Positions 40,269 through 49,468 of a stretch of 64,000 bases of DNA are shown here, piece by piece. Below the pieces are notes generated by a model. That model was given only the letters and a program-made list of their open reading frames with translations. It had not been told where the DNA came from and did not search any database. Source of the DNA: Bacteroidales bacterium (GTDB lineage: Bacteria; Bacteroidota; Bacteroidia; Bacteroidales; SZUA-534); assembly GCA_045640185.1 (NCBI GenBank), contig JAZUEN010000053.1:6289-70288 (forward strand), written 5' to 3'. The position numbers and the translations under genes are program-made. Position 1 is the stretch's first letter; each line of letters opens with the position of its first letter.

Positions 40269-40312
40269 AAGGTGTGTTCTATAAATACACCGTTTAAAAA
40301 ATGCGATAAATG
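40269..40312 (+). repeat. 44-nt leader element (copy 2), ending in the acyltransferase start codon
   Basis: Matches 10447-10490 at 41 of 44 positions. Confidence 0.7.
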
Positions 40313-41329
40313 AACAAACGGCTTTACTATTTAGACAATCTGAAGGTCTTTCTTACGGCATTAGTAGTGTTCCACCACGCAAACATTCCATTTTCGCACG
40401 CGGGCGATTGGGGATACTCACCGAGCAATCCTGCAGAGTTTATTCCGAACCTTTGGCATTTCAATTCAATAAACGCCACATTCTTTATGGGATTGTTTTT
40501 CTTTATCTCGGGCTTTTTTGTTCCAGGAAGTTACGACCGTCAAGGCGGAAAAACATTCTGCTTGAAAAAACTCTTGCGGTTGGGCATTCCGTTGCTGTTG
40601 GTAACAATGATTGTCAGTTCGGCTGACCATTGCTTGTCGTTCGCTCACGTTTGGTTTGTTGAGAGTTTGCTCATTTTCAGTCTTTTATATGCATTAGTAA
40701 GACAATTTGCAAAGCCAATTGACAGCAAAAACGCCAAATCGCGACTTACAATATTGGCGATTGTAGCGTTTGCCACCGTTTTGGGATTGTTGCAATTGCT
40801 CATACGCGGTGTCAGCAATCAGGACAACTGGATAATGTTTTTGGGCTTCATAAGAATGGAACCCGCCCACTATTTGCAATATGCATCGCTGTTTGTGCTG
40901 GGGATTTTAGCATACCGACTTGGCTGGCTGGAAAAACTGAAAAACAGCATCGGAATAGGTGCCGTTATTGTCTCAATACTGTTTTGCATTGGCGACTTGC
41001 TTCGTGGCGAAAATGCTTGGGGCGGTTTTGTATGGCATTGGTTCGGGATGTACGAGGCGTTTATGTGCGTGTCTATCTGCATTGCGCTGATTTGGATTTT
41101 CCGCGAATTTGGAAATTGGTCGGGCAGTTTTTGGAAATGGTGTTCCGCTCAAACGTACGGCGCATATATATTTCACCTATTTGTTTTGTTGTCAATAGAA
41201 TACGCTATGGACAGCGTTGCAATGCCTGTCTTTTTGAAATTCATTCTCGAAGGCTCTTTGGCTACAGTTTTTTCATTTGCAATAACGTGGCTATTCCGAC
41301 TTATACCAGGCGTGAAGAAAGTGCTGTAA
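40310..41329 (+). CDS. acyltransferase family 3 membrane protein
   Basis: YYLDNLKVFLTALVVFHHA N-terminal motif. About 10 TM segments. Length 339 aa. Confidence 0.8.
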   Translation: MNKRLYYLDNLKVFLTALVVFHHANIPFSHAGDWGYSPSNPAEFIPNLWHFNSINATFFMGLFFFISGFFVPGSYDRQGGKTFCLKKLLRLGIPLLLVTMIVSSADHCLSFAHVWFVESLLIFSLLYALVRQFAKPIDSKNAKSRLTILAIVAFATVLGLLQLLIRGVSNQDNWIMFLGFIRMEPAHYLQYASLFVLGILAYRLGWLEKLKNSIGIGAVIVSILFCIGDLLRGENAWGGFVWHWFGMYEAFMCVSICIALIWIFREFGNWSGSFWKWCSAQTYGAYIFHLFVLLSIEYAMDSVAMPVFLKFILEGSLATVFSFAITWLFRLIPGVKKVL

Positions 41330-41483
41330 CGTGGAGCGATGAAAAATTAATGAATGACGAAATGACGATTCGGTCACCGCGTCCCTACAACGTAAAACAA
41401 ATCCGTGCCATTTGTGTCATCTGCACGAAATCCCTATACAACTAATAAATAGATATGCATAAATTGTAACCACCTTATGGGTT

Positions 41484-42548
41484 TCATCTTTCGGCATTGT
41501 TTTTGCACTGCAATTCAAAAAATAATTTTTGAGCTTCGATTTCTTTTTTCAATTCTTCTTCGGTAGGCAAATAAAGCTTGTATTTCGAGGCAAATAACTG
41601 TTCGTTTTCGTGTAGAACCGAATATTTGGCAATTGCCTCGTCAGTATCGGAACACAAGAGAATGCCTAATGTAGGATTATCGTCTTTTGCGCGTTTAAGC
41701 TCGTCATACATACGTATATACATATCCATTTGTCCGACATCCTGATGTGTGATTTTCTTTGTCTTCAGGTCCACAAGTACAAAACACTTTAAAATGTAAT
41801 TGTAGAATACAAGGTCAATGTAATAGTCTTCTTTTTCAGTGTGTATGTGTTGCTGACGTGCCACAAAAGCATATCCTTTCCCAAGTTCCATCAAAAATTT
41901 CTGAATGTTCGATATGATGCTTGATTCTATATCAGTTTCAGAGAATGAAGATTCTTGTGAAAAGCCAAGAAATTCAGCAACAACAGGATTTTTTATGAAT
42001 TCCAGTTTGTTGTTTTGAAAATTAGCGGTCAGAGTTTTCATTTCAGCTTCCACGGGCTCTTTATTTTGGCTTGAAAGAAGTCTGTAATAATATTGTGAAC
42101 TGACGTTTCTTTGCAATGTGCGTACCGACCAAGTTTGGTCAAAAGCTTCTTTTTCGTACCAAGCACGCGCCTTTTCGTCATATACTTGAAGCAAAACAAG
42201 ATAATGCGTCCACGTTAGAAGTGTTTCAGATTTTCCAATCACTGATTGGAAAATGTTCGGATATGTCTTATAGAATTGATAAAAATTATAAATGTTTGAT
42301 TTGGTGAATCCTCTGCCATAAATCTCGGTTAGTGTTTTAGAAACATTGCCCATAATTGAAGCACCATAGTCTGCGCGTTCCTTGCCTTTTAGCTCTTCTT
42401 CTGCAATGCGTTTGCCAATGAGCCAGTTACGTTGTATCAAAACAACATTGACAGTAGAATGAACAATTTTTTGGGCTTGGTCAATAATGGAACGCAAATC
42501 TGAAATCATATCCAGACTTTCTTTATACTCAACAACTTCCGTTTCCAT
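41484..42548 (-). CDS. PDDEXK nuclease-domain protein, YhcG/DUF1016 family
   Basis: N-terminal VNVVLIQRNWLIGKRI... and C-terminal YYIDLVFYNYILKCFVLVDLKTKK (PD-(D/E)xK-like) pattern. Confidence 0.7.
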   Translation of the reverse strand: METEVVEYKESLDMISDLRSIIDQAQKIVHSTVNVVLIQRNWLIGKRIAEEELKGKERADYGASIMGNVSKTLTEIYGRGFTKSNIYNFYQFYKTYPNIFQSVIGKSETLLTWTHYLVLLQVYDEKARAWYEKEAFDQTWSVRTLQRNVSSQYYYRLLSSQNKEPVEAEMKTLTANFQNNKLEFIKNPVVAEFLGFSQESSFSETDIESSIISNIQKFLMELGKGYAFVARQQHIHTEKEDYYIDLVFYNYILKCFVLVDLKTKKITHQDVGQMDMYIRMYDELKRAKDDNPTLGILLCSDTDEAIAKYSVLHENEQLFASKYKLYLPTEEELKKEIEAQKLFFELQCKNNAER

Positions 42549-42761
42549 ATTTCAGCATCAAATTAAGTATTAATAAATATAAAAATAGTGCAATCCATCG
42601 TACATAACAAGTACGATAGATTCAAAAGAACACTGATGACGCGGGTTTGAAGAATTATCGGGATTTATCCACAATACAAAAACAGGCTAGCAAAACCTTT
42701 TTTAAATGACGGATGCGGATACAGCGTCCCTTCAACAAAAACACAAGGCAAGACGAATAAA

Positions 42762-42792
42762 GGCTCCATTCCATACGGAATGCGCCAATGTC
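42762..42792 (+). repeat. REP-like unit sharing a 16-nt core with 34208-34223
   Basis: GGCTCCATTCCATACGGAATGCGCCAATGTC. The exact 16-mer GGAATGCGCCAATGTC and the 11-mer GGCTCCATTCC both occur at 34208-34239 in the same orientation. Confidence 0.75.
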
Positions 42793-42811
42793 CATACAAT
42801 CAATAAGGATT

Positions 42812-42843
42812 AAAAAAAGGCGAATACGTCTTGCGTATTCGCC
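42812..42843 (-). terminator. rho-independent terminator of ileS
   Basis: On the minus strand: GGCGAATACG-loop-CGTATTCGCC followed by T7. Confidence 0.8.
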
Positions 42844-42870
42844 TTTTGAATGATATCGGTTGTGTTGCTT

Positions 42871-45800
42871 TTACTTTACAAGTTCAACCTTTATATAAAG
42901 ATTAACGTCGTCGTCAATGTCAACAGTAATGGCATTGTCGGCGTTAAGGTTGCCCACAATATCGATGCTGTTGGCAAGTGTTTGTCCAGCAATGTATTGC
43001 TTGAATGCCACAATGGCATTGTCGGAATAGTCGTTTGCCGAAATCTGAATGTTAATCTTGTCGGTAACTTCAAATCCGCTATCCTTGCGGATGTTCTGTA
43101 TGCGGTTCACAAGTTCGCGGGCCACGCCCTCGTTCTTCAGTTCGTCGGTGATGGTTATGTCGAGAGCCACTGTCAGAGTGCCCTCGTTGGTAACCAGCCA
43201 GCCAGGAATGTCTTCCGAAACAATCTCGACATCGGAACGAACCAGTGTCAAGGGCTGACCGTCGGCAACAATGTCGAACTTCTCGTCTGATTCAAGTTGG
43301 GCGATGTCCTCTTGGCTCATTTGTGCTATGGCAGACGAAATCTGCTTCATTATCTTGCCGTATTTCGGACCAAGCACCTTGAAGTCGGGCTTGATGCGCT
43401 TAACCAATATGCCTGTCGTGTTTTCCAAAAGTTCGACTTCCTTCACGTTCACTTCGGTCATTATTATTGACTTGACGGCCTCAATTTGGCGACGCATCTT
43501 GTCGCTGTGGATAGGAACCATAATCTTGCTCAGTGGCTGACGGACCTTCAGGCTCACCTTTCGGCGCAAGCCAAGAACCATTGACGACACGCGCTGTGCC
43601 ATAGCCATACGTTCCTCAAGGTCGGTGTCGATTGCCGACTCGTCAAAAGCAGGGAAGTTTGTCAGGTGCACTGATGTGGCGCAACGTCCTGTAGCGGTGT
43701 TGAGGTCCTTGAACAGCATATCCATATAGAATGGCGCAATAGGACTGCCTAGGATGGACACTGTTTCAAGGCAGGTGTAAAGTGTTTGGTAAGCGGAAAT
43801 CTTGTCGTTGTCGTATTGTCCGCCCCAGAAGCGCTTGCGGTTGAGGCGCACGTACCAGTTGCTCAGGTTGTCGATTACGAAATCCTGAATGGCGCGTCCT
43901 GCGCGTGTAGGCTCATAGTTGTCGAGTGCGTCCTGAACTTCCTTGATGAGCGAGTTCAGCAACGACAGTATCCAGCGGTCGATTTCAGGACGCTCGGCCA
44001 GCGGAATATCCTTCTCCTTATATGTAAAGCCGTCGACATTGGCATACAATGCAAAGAAACTGTATGTATTATAGAGTGTTCCGAAGAATTTGCGCTTTAC
44101 TTCGTCAACACCTTCAATGTCGAATTTCAGGTTGTCCCAAGGCTGTGCGTTGGTTATCATATACCAGCGCAACGGGTCGGAACCGTATTTTTCGATTGTC
44201 TCGAACGGGTCAACGGCATTGCCCAGACGTTTTGACATCTTGCTTCCGTTCTTGTCAAGAACGAGTCCGTTGCTGATGATGTTCTTGAAGGCCACCTTGC
44301 CGTTTATCATTGTGCTGATGGCGTGCAGAGTGTAGAACCAGCCACGTGTTTGGTCGACGCCTTCGGCGATGAAGTCGGCAGGATATAGCGTGTTGAAGTC
44401 GTCCTTGTGCTCAAATGGCCAGTGGCGTTGTGCGAAAGGCATTGCGCCAGAGTCGAACCACACGTCGATAAGGTCCTTCTCGCGGTACATAGGCTGTCCG
44501 TTTGACGAGACAAGCACCACGCCGTCGATGTATGGGCGGTGAAGGTCAATCTTCTCGTAGTTGTCCTTTGAGTAGTCGCCCACCTTGAAGCCTTTGGCTG
44601 TGTAAGGATTTTCCTTCATTATTCCAGCCTTGATAGCCTTCTCTATCTCACTGCAAAGTTCCTCAACCGAGCCGATGCATAACTCTTCGGAGCCGTCTTC
44701 GGTGCGCCAGATAGGAAGCGGTGTGCCCCAATAGCGTGAACGGCTGAGGTTCCAGTCGTTGAGGTTCTCGAGCCACTTGCCGAATCGGCCTTCGCCAGTG
44801 CTTTGAGGCTTCCAGTTGATGGTCTTGTTAAGTTCGAACATTTGGTCCTTGACAGCCGATGCCTTGATGAACCAACTGTCGAGCGGGTAGTAGAGCACGG
44901 GCTTGTCGGTGCGCCAGCAATGCGGATAGTTGTGAACGTGCTTTTCAATCTTGAACACAGTGCCGTCGGCCTTCATCTTCATACAGATGAAGATGTCGAG
45001 GTTTTCGGCCTTCTGCGCCGACTGCTCGTCGTATTTTCCGTCGACGGTGAACTGCGGGTCGTAGGCGTTCTTAACCCAACGGCCTTCATATTCCTTATAG
45101 ATGTCGGTCTTTACAAAATCTTTAGCGAAACTGCTGTCGAGGTCCGATATGAAGTAGTATTTGCCTGTCATATCGACCATTGGACGGGTTTCGCCAGCCT
45201 TGTTGATCATAAACAGCGACGGTATGCCAGCCAACTTGGCCACTTTGGCGTCGTCGGCGCCGAAGGTAGGCGCAATGTGGACAATGCCCGTGCCGTCTTC
45301 GGTAGTTACATAGTCGCCAGGGATTACGCGGAAAGCATCAGCCTTCTTGTTGACAATCTTCTTATCGACCAATTCGCAAGGGTCAACCCAAGGGAAGAGT
45401 TGCTCGTAGTGGATGCCAACAAGGTCGGAGCCCTTCATTTCGGCGATGATGTTGCCAGGGTTCTTGTCGTTGAAGTAGGCGCTGAAACGTGCCTTTGCCA
45501 CAATGACGGTGCATTTCTGCTCGGTATACGGGTTCTGTGTCTCAACAGCGACATAGTCGATTTTCGGCCCTACGCACAATGCCGTGTTTGAAGGCAATGT
45601 CCAAGGAGTTGTTGTCCAGGCGATAATGTAGAGTTGCTTGTATTCATCGCCAGCCTTGCCAATGATGTCTTTTACAAGAGCGTTGTCGTTGTCGGTAACC
45701 TTGAACTGCGCGGTGCAGGTGGTATCCTTGACATCGCGGTAGCAACCAGGTTGGTTTAGTTCGTGCGACGAAAGTCCAGTGCCTGCGGCAGGCGAATAAG

Positions 45801-46344
45801 GCTGAATGGTGTAGCCCTTGTACAGCAATCCTTTCTTGTAGATTTCCTTCAGCAAGTACCACAACGACTCGATGTATCGGTTGTCGTAAGTGATGTAAGG
45901 GTCGTCCATATTGACCCAATATCCCATTTTGGCGGTAAGGTCGCGCCAAAGGTCGGTGTATTTCATCACCTCTGAACGGCAGGCGCGGTTGTAGTCGTCA
46001 ACGCTGATTTTCTTGCCGATGTCTTCCTTGGTGATTCCGAGTTGCTTTTCCACGCCAAGTTCGACAGGCAGTCCGTGAGTGTCCCAGCCAGCCTTGCGGT
46101 CCACCAGGAATCCTTGCAGAGTCTTGTAACGGCAAATAATATCCTTTATGCTACGTGCCATAACGTGGTGAATGCCAGGCTTGCCGTTGGCCGATGGTGG
46201 TCCTTCGAAGAAAATGAATTTTGGATGGCCTTCACGGGCATCGATGCTCTTTTGGAATGTGTTTTCCTTGTTCCATTCAGCAAGTACGTCCTTGTTGATT
46301 TGTGACAAGTCTAACTGCTTGTGTTCGGGGAATTTACCGCTCAT
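42871..46344 (-). CDS. ileS: isoleucine--tRNA ligase
   Basis: Class I motifs PPSANGKPGIHHV (HIGH) and KMSKRLGN (KMSKS). Length 1157 aa. Confidence 0.95.
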   Translation of the reverse strand: MSGKFPEHKQLDLSQINKDVLAEWNKENTFQKSIDAREGHPKFIFFEGPPSANGKPGIHHVMARSIKDIICRYKTLQGFLVDRKAGWDTHGLPVELGVEKQLGITKEDIGKKISVDDYNRACRSEVMKYTDLWRDLTAKMGYWVNMDDPYITYDNRYIESLWYLLKEIYKKGLLYKGYTIQPYSPAAGTGLSSHELNQPGCYRDVKDTTCTAQFKVTDNDNALVKDIIGKAGDEYKQLYIIAWTTTPWTLPSNTALCVGPKIDYVAVETQNPYTEQKCTVIVAKARFSAYFNDKNPGNIIAEMKGSDLVGIHYEQLFPWVDPCELVDKKIVNKKADAFRVIPGDYVTTEDGTGIVHIAPTFGADDAKVAKLAGIPSLFMINKAGETRPMVDMTGKYYFISDLDSSFAKDFVKTDIYKEYEGRWVKNAYDPQFTVDGKYDEQSAQKAENLDIFICMKMKADGTVFKIEKHVHNYPHCWRTDKPVLYYPLDSWFIKASAVKDQMFELNKTINWKPQSTGEGRFGKWLENLNDWNLSRSRYWGTPLPIWRTEDGSEELCIGSVEELCSEIEKAIKAGIMKENPYTAKGFKVGDYSKDNYEKIDLHRPYIDGVVLVSSNGQPMYREKDLIDVWFDSGAMPFAQRHWPFEHKDDFNTLYPADFIAEGVDQTRGWFYTLHAISTMINGKVAFKNIISNGLVLDKNGSKMSKRLGNAVDPFETIEKYGSDPLRWYMITNAQPWDNLKFDIEGVDEVKRKFFGTLYNTYSFFALYANVDGFTYKEKDIPLAERPEIDRWILSLLNSLIKEVQDALDNYEPTRAGRAIQDFVIDNLSNWYVRLNRKRFWGGQYDNDKISAYQTLYTCLETVSILGSPIAPFYMDMLFKDLNTATGRCATSVHLTNFPAFDESAIDTDLEERMAMAQRVSSMVLGLRRKVSLKVRQPLSKIMVPIHSDKMRRQIEAVKSIIMTEVNVKEVELLENTTGILVKRIKPDFKVLGPKYGKIMKQISSAIAQMSQEDIAQLESDEKFDIVADGQPLTLVRSDVEIVSEDIPGWLVTNEGTLTVALDITITDELKNEGVARELVNRIQNIRKDSGFEVTDKINIQISANDYSDNAIVAFKQYIAGQTLANSIDIVGNLNADNAITVDIDDDVNLYIKVELVK

Positions 46345-46602
46345 AATATCATCAATTAAAACATATCGGTTTCTAAGGGAGAAATGTTAGTGTTCACCCT
46401 AAAAGTCTGCAAATATAATTATCAATTACAAATAATGAATTGCGAAACAGGTTTGTCAACGAATATAGCGAATTTGACCAATGCTTTTTTGGTTTTAATC
46501 ACTTGCTAATGCCCGCAGGCGAGCCGACGAATTGGACGGATTTTTACTGTTTTTGGGTGATAGAAATAATATTAGTATCTTTGCGCAAGATCAAATTTCG
46601 TT

Positions 46603-46812
46603 ATGACAACGGTCCAATTGACATATAATGAGAATGATAAGGTGGCGACAAAAGCATTTGAGTCGCTAAAGGCGCTTGGCTTGTTTGAAATTAAAGAGAC
46701 AATGTCGACGTCGAAGAAAAAAACCCTTAAGGCAATTGATGATGCCCGCAAAGGCAAAAACATCACCAAGTGCGAAACATTCGAAGACTATCTCAAAGCC
46801 GTATCGGAATGA
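46603..46812 (+). CDS. putative antitoxin of the YafQ/RelE-type pair
   Basis: 69-aa ORF whose stop overlaps the toxin start (ATGA at 46809-46812). No obvious RHH or HTH motif by eye. Confidence 0.5.
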   Translation: MTTVQLTYNENDKVATKAFESLKALGLFEIKETMSTSKKKTLKAIDDARKGKNITKCETFEDYLKAVSE

Positions 46813-47087
46813 GAAGAATCGACATCACCAACCAATACAAAAAAGACCTAAAACTAGAAAGAAAACGGAATCTGCAAGAAGATAAACTCAATGAGATAAT
46901 TTTGAAACTTGCAAAAAATGAGGAATTGCCCCAGCAAAATAGGGATCACGCATTACACGGCGATTTTGAAGGTACTCGCGAATGCCACATTGTGCCAGAT
47001 TGGCTACTCATTTACAGCAAAGAAGACAGCGATTCCATAAAAATTCTGACATTAATCAGAACAGAAACACATTCAGAGTTGTTCTAA
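46809..47087 (+). CDS. type II toxin, YafQ/RelE family mRNA interferase
   Basis: MRRIDITNQYKKDLKL...DHALHGDFEGTRECHIVPDWLLIY matches the YafQ signature. Start at the internal Met, giving 92 aa. Confidence 0.75.
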   Translation: MRRIDITNQYKKDLKLERKRNLQEDKLNEIILKLAKNEELPQQNRDHALHGDFEGTRECHIVPDWLLIYSKEDSDSIKILTLIRTETHSELF

Positions 47088-47316
47088 TACTTCAATTACG
47101 AATGCATCTCAATGCGTTCGTAACTCCATTTGACCAAGGCACTTTCTAAATTAAGGGAAGTTCTATAAAAAAATCATTCAACAAGTGCAGGAACCCATTT
47201 TTTCAGAATCCTGTAAATGACGTATGCCAATGCAAATGACGCGATGCAACTTAAAGAGCCAGTTGTTTTTTGCCAGACATTTGTGCAAATGCTATTTTTG
47301 CGGAAAAGAGTAAGAA

Positions 47317-48087
47317 ATGGAATTCATTGACACACACTCGCACCTTTATGCCGAGGAGTTTGACGCCGACCGTGAAGAAGCGGTCAAGCGCTGTTTTGAG
47401 TCGGGAGTGAACCGCCTCATCCTGCCCGACATTGACGCCACATCGCGCCAGGCAATGCTCGATATGGCAATGTCGGACCCAGAGCATTTCTTTCCTTGCG
47501 CAGGTCTGCACCCCACATCGGTTGGGGCTGACTACAAGACCGCCCTCAAGGCTGTTGAGAAGATGCTTTCCTGTGGCACGAAATTCTACGCCGTGGGCGA
47601 GATAGGCATCGACCTTTATTGGGACCAGACCTACGAACGTGAGCAGTTCGACGCCTTTGCCACGCAGGTGAAATGGGCCAAGGAACTGCAACTTCCAATA
47701 ATTGTGCATATCCGCAATGCCATCGACAAGACCATAGAAGCCCTTGAACCGCTTGCCGATGAAAGGTTGCGCGGAGTTTTCCACTGTTTTTCGGGCAATG
47801 CCGAACAGGCCAAAAGGGCCATTGAGATGGGCTTCCTGTTGGGTGTCGGCGGTATTCTGACCTTCAAGAAATCGGAATTGCCGGCTGTTGTGGAGAACAT
47901 CGATATTGAAAGACTGATTTTGGAAACCGACTGCCCTTACCTTGCACCCGTCCCGCACCGTGGCCAGCGTAACGAGAGCAGTTTCATTCCGTGCATAGCC
48001 CAGAAACTTGCCGAAATAAAGGGCACAACCATTGACGATGTGGCCTTGCAAACCACCCGAAACGCCGAACGGCTGTTTGGGCTGTGA
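47317..48087 (+). CDS. TatD-family metal-dependent hydrolase
   Basis: FIDTHSHL, GEIGIDLYW, IVHIRNA, HCFSG and LILETDCPYLAP motifs. Confidence 0.9.
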   Translation: MEFIDTHSHLYAEEFDADREEAVKRCFESGVNRLILPDIDATSRQAMLDMAMSDPEHFFPCAGLHPTSVGADYKTALKAVEKMLSCGTKFYAVGEIGIDLYWDQTYEREQFDAFATQVKWAKELQLPIIVHIRNAIDKTIEALEPLADERLRGVFHCFSGNAEQAKRAIEMGFLLGVGGILTFKKSELPAVVENIDIERLILETDCPYLAPVPHRGQRNESSFIPCIAQKLAEIKGTTIDDVALQTTRNAERLFGL

Positions 48088-48111
48088 CTTTGCCGAGGCT
48101 CAGCCACTCGG

Positions 48112-49437
48112 TCAAATCTTCAGCTCCCTCCCGTAGTAGAAGTCAAGAATCTTGACACGGAACAGGTACTCGTACTTGGCCTGGATGAAGGTTGACTGGG
48201 CCTGTGCCAGACGGTTCTTGCTCTCGTTGTACTCGTATGGAGTGACTATGCCGAGGTTGAACTTCTCCTGCACATATCGGAACGATTCGGTGGCGCTGTT
48301 TACCGACTTCTCGCTCGACTCGTAACGCTTCATTGCGGCCACGGCGTTCACGTAAACCTGCTGAATCTCTTTCAGAAGAGTATTCTTTGTCTGCTGAAGC
48401 TCCATCTGCGAGTTCCGATAGTTCAGCTTGCTGTTTTTCACGTTTGTCCGTGACGACATTCCGTTGAATATGGGAATGCTAAGCGACAAGCCTATGCTCT
48501 TGCTGCCGTGCACTTCGAGCTGATCGCTTAATGACGGATTGGGCATGTTCGACATTTTGTAGTAGCTGTTGTTATAACCCGCACTTGCGCTCAGCGACGG
48601 ATATTGCTGGGCCTTGGCAATGGCAACCTGACGGTCGGCGCTCTCGACGGCAAGCTCACGGCTCTTGACCTCGGGACGCTGTTCGACGGCCTTTTGGTAA
48701 ACAGTGTCGACCGACAGCAGGCCTGCCGTTATTTCAGTCATGTCGATATTGGGCGCAACCACGTCGAAGTTGTCGTCAATAGACAGCTCCAGCAACTGCT
48801 GAAGAGTGATTTTCGATATCCAGAGCGAGTTTTCGCGGTTTATCACGTCGAGCTCCTCCGACGAAGCCTGCGACTCTGTCTCGAGCAGCTTGCCCTCAGC
48901 CATGGTGCCTGCCTCAACCTGCTTGCGGTTTATTTCAACCTGTTCCTGAGTGAGAGCCAGCTGCTCCTTCGATGTTTCGAGCAGTTCCTTGTTCAGAAGC
49001 ACCTCAAGGTAAGCCGAGGTGATGTTCAGCGCAATGTTGTTTTTGGCTTGCTCAAGGTTTTGCAGTGCCGCCTCGTAGTTCAGCTTGTTCATTTTGGTCT
49101 GGTTGTATTTTGCCAGCCCGTTGAACAGCGTCATGTTGGCCGATATGTATGCCGATGTCGATGCCGAGTTGTTGTTCACGTTCACATTGTCGCTGCCTGT
49201 CGATTGACCGAACGAGAACGATTGGCTCAACCCTGCGTTGACGCTTGGCAGCACGCTGAAGCGCGATTGCTGATAACTGTTCTTCTGCTGTTCAACGCTC
49301 AACTCCTGCTGCTTTATGCTGATGTTGTTGTCAACGGCATAGCCGATGCAGCGTTCGAGCGACCATTGCTCTTGCGCCTGCGCTGTCTGGGCCGCAAATG
49401 CCACGGCCATTGCCGATATGATAATTTTGGTTCGCAT
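48112..49437 (-). CDS. TolC-family outer-membrane efflux protein
   Basis: Signal peptide. Two repeated coiled-coil/beta halves. LERCIGYAVDNNISIK N-terminal motif. Confidence 0.85.
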   Translation of the reverse strand: MRTKIIISAMAVAFAAQTAQAQEQWSLERCIGYAVDNNISIKQQELSVEQQKNSYQQSRFSVLPSVNAGLSQSFSFGQSTGSDNVNVNNNSASTSAYISANMTLFNGLAKYNQTKMNKLNYEAALQNLEQAKNNIALNITSAYLEVLLNKELLETSKEQLALTQEQVEINRKQVEAGTMAEGKLLETESQASSEELDVINRENSLWISKITLQQLLELSIDDNFDVVAPNIDMTEITAGLLSVDTVYQKAVEQRPEVKSRELAVESADRQVAIAKAQQYPSLSASAGYNNSYYKMSNMPNPSLSDQLEVHGSKSIGLSLSIPIFNGMSSRTNVKNSKLNYRNSQMELQQTKNTLLKEIQQVYVNAVAAMKRYESSEKSVNSATESFRYVQEKFNLGIVTPYEYNESKNRLAQAQSTFIQAKYEYLFRVKILDFYYGRELKI

Positions 49438-49468
49438 GGAAATCTAATTATAAATCGCTTATATTGAA

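Noticed and set aside
34026-42870. Calling the ileS/dksA insertion a mobile genetic element or integrative island
   Set aside because: No integrase, transposase, tRNA attachment site or conjugation genes are present. Only the short REP-like repeats at the borders are seen. It is reported as an insertion of unknown mechanism rather than annotated as a mobile_element.
47251-48051. 266-aa ORF on the minus strand opposite tatD. Similar long antisense ORFs occur at 19655-20371, 26258-26929, 44803-45591, 48604-49467, 49464-50159, 52078-52848 and 53328-53927.
   Set aside because: Each lies entirely inside a gene with clear family motifs on the other strand. Their translations are low-complexity (Arg/His/Val/Gly-rich) and have no recognisable motifs. 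They are typical shadow ORFs.
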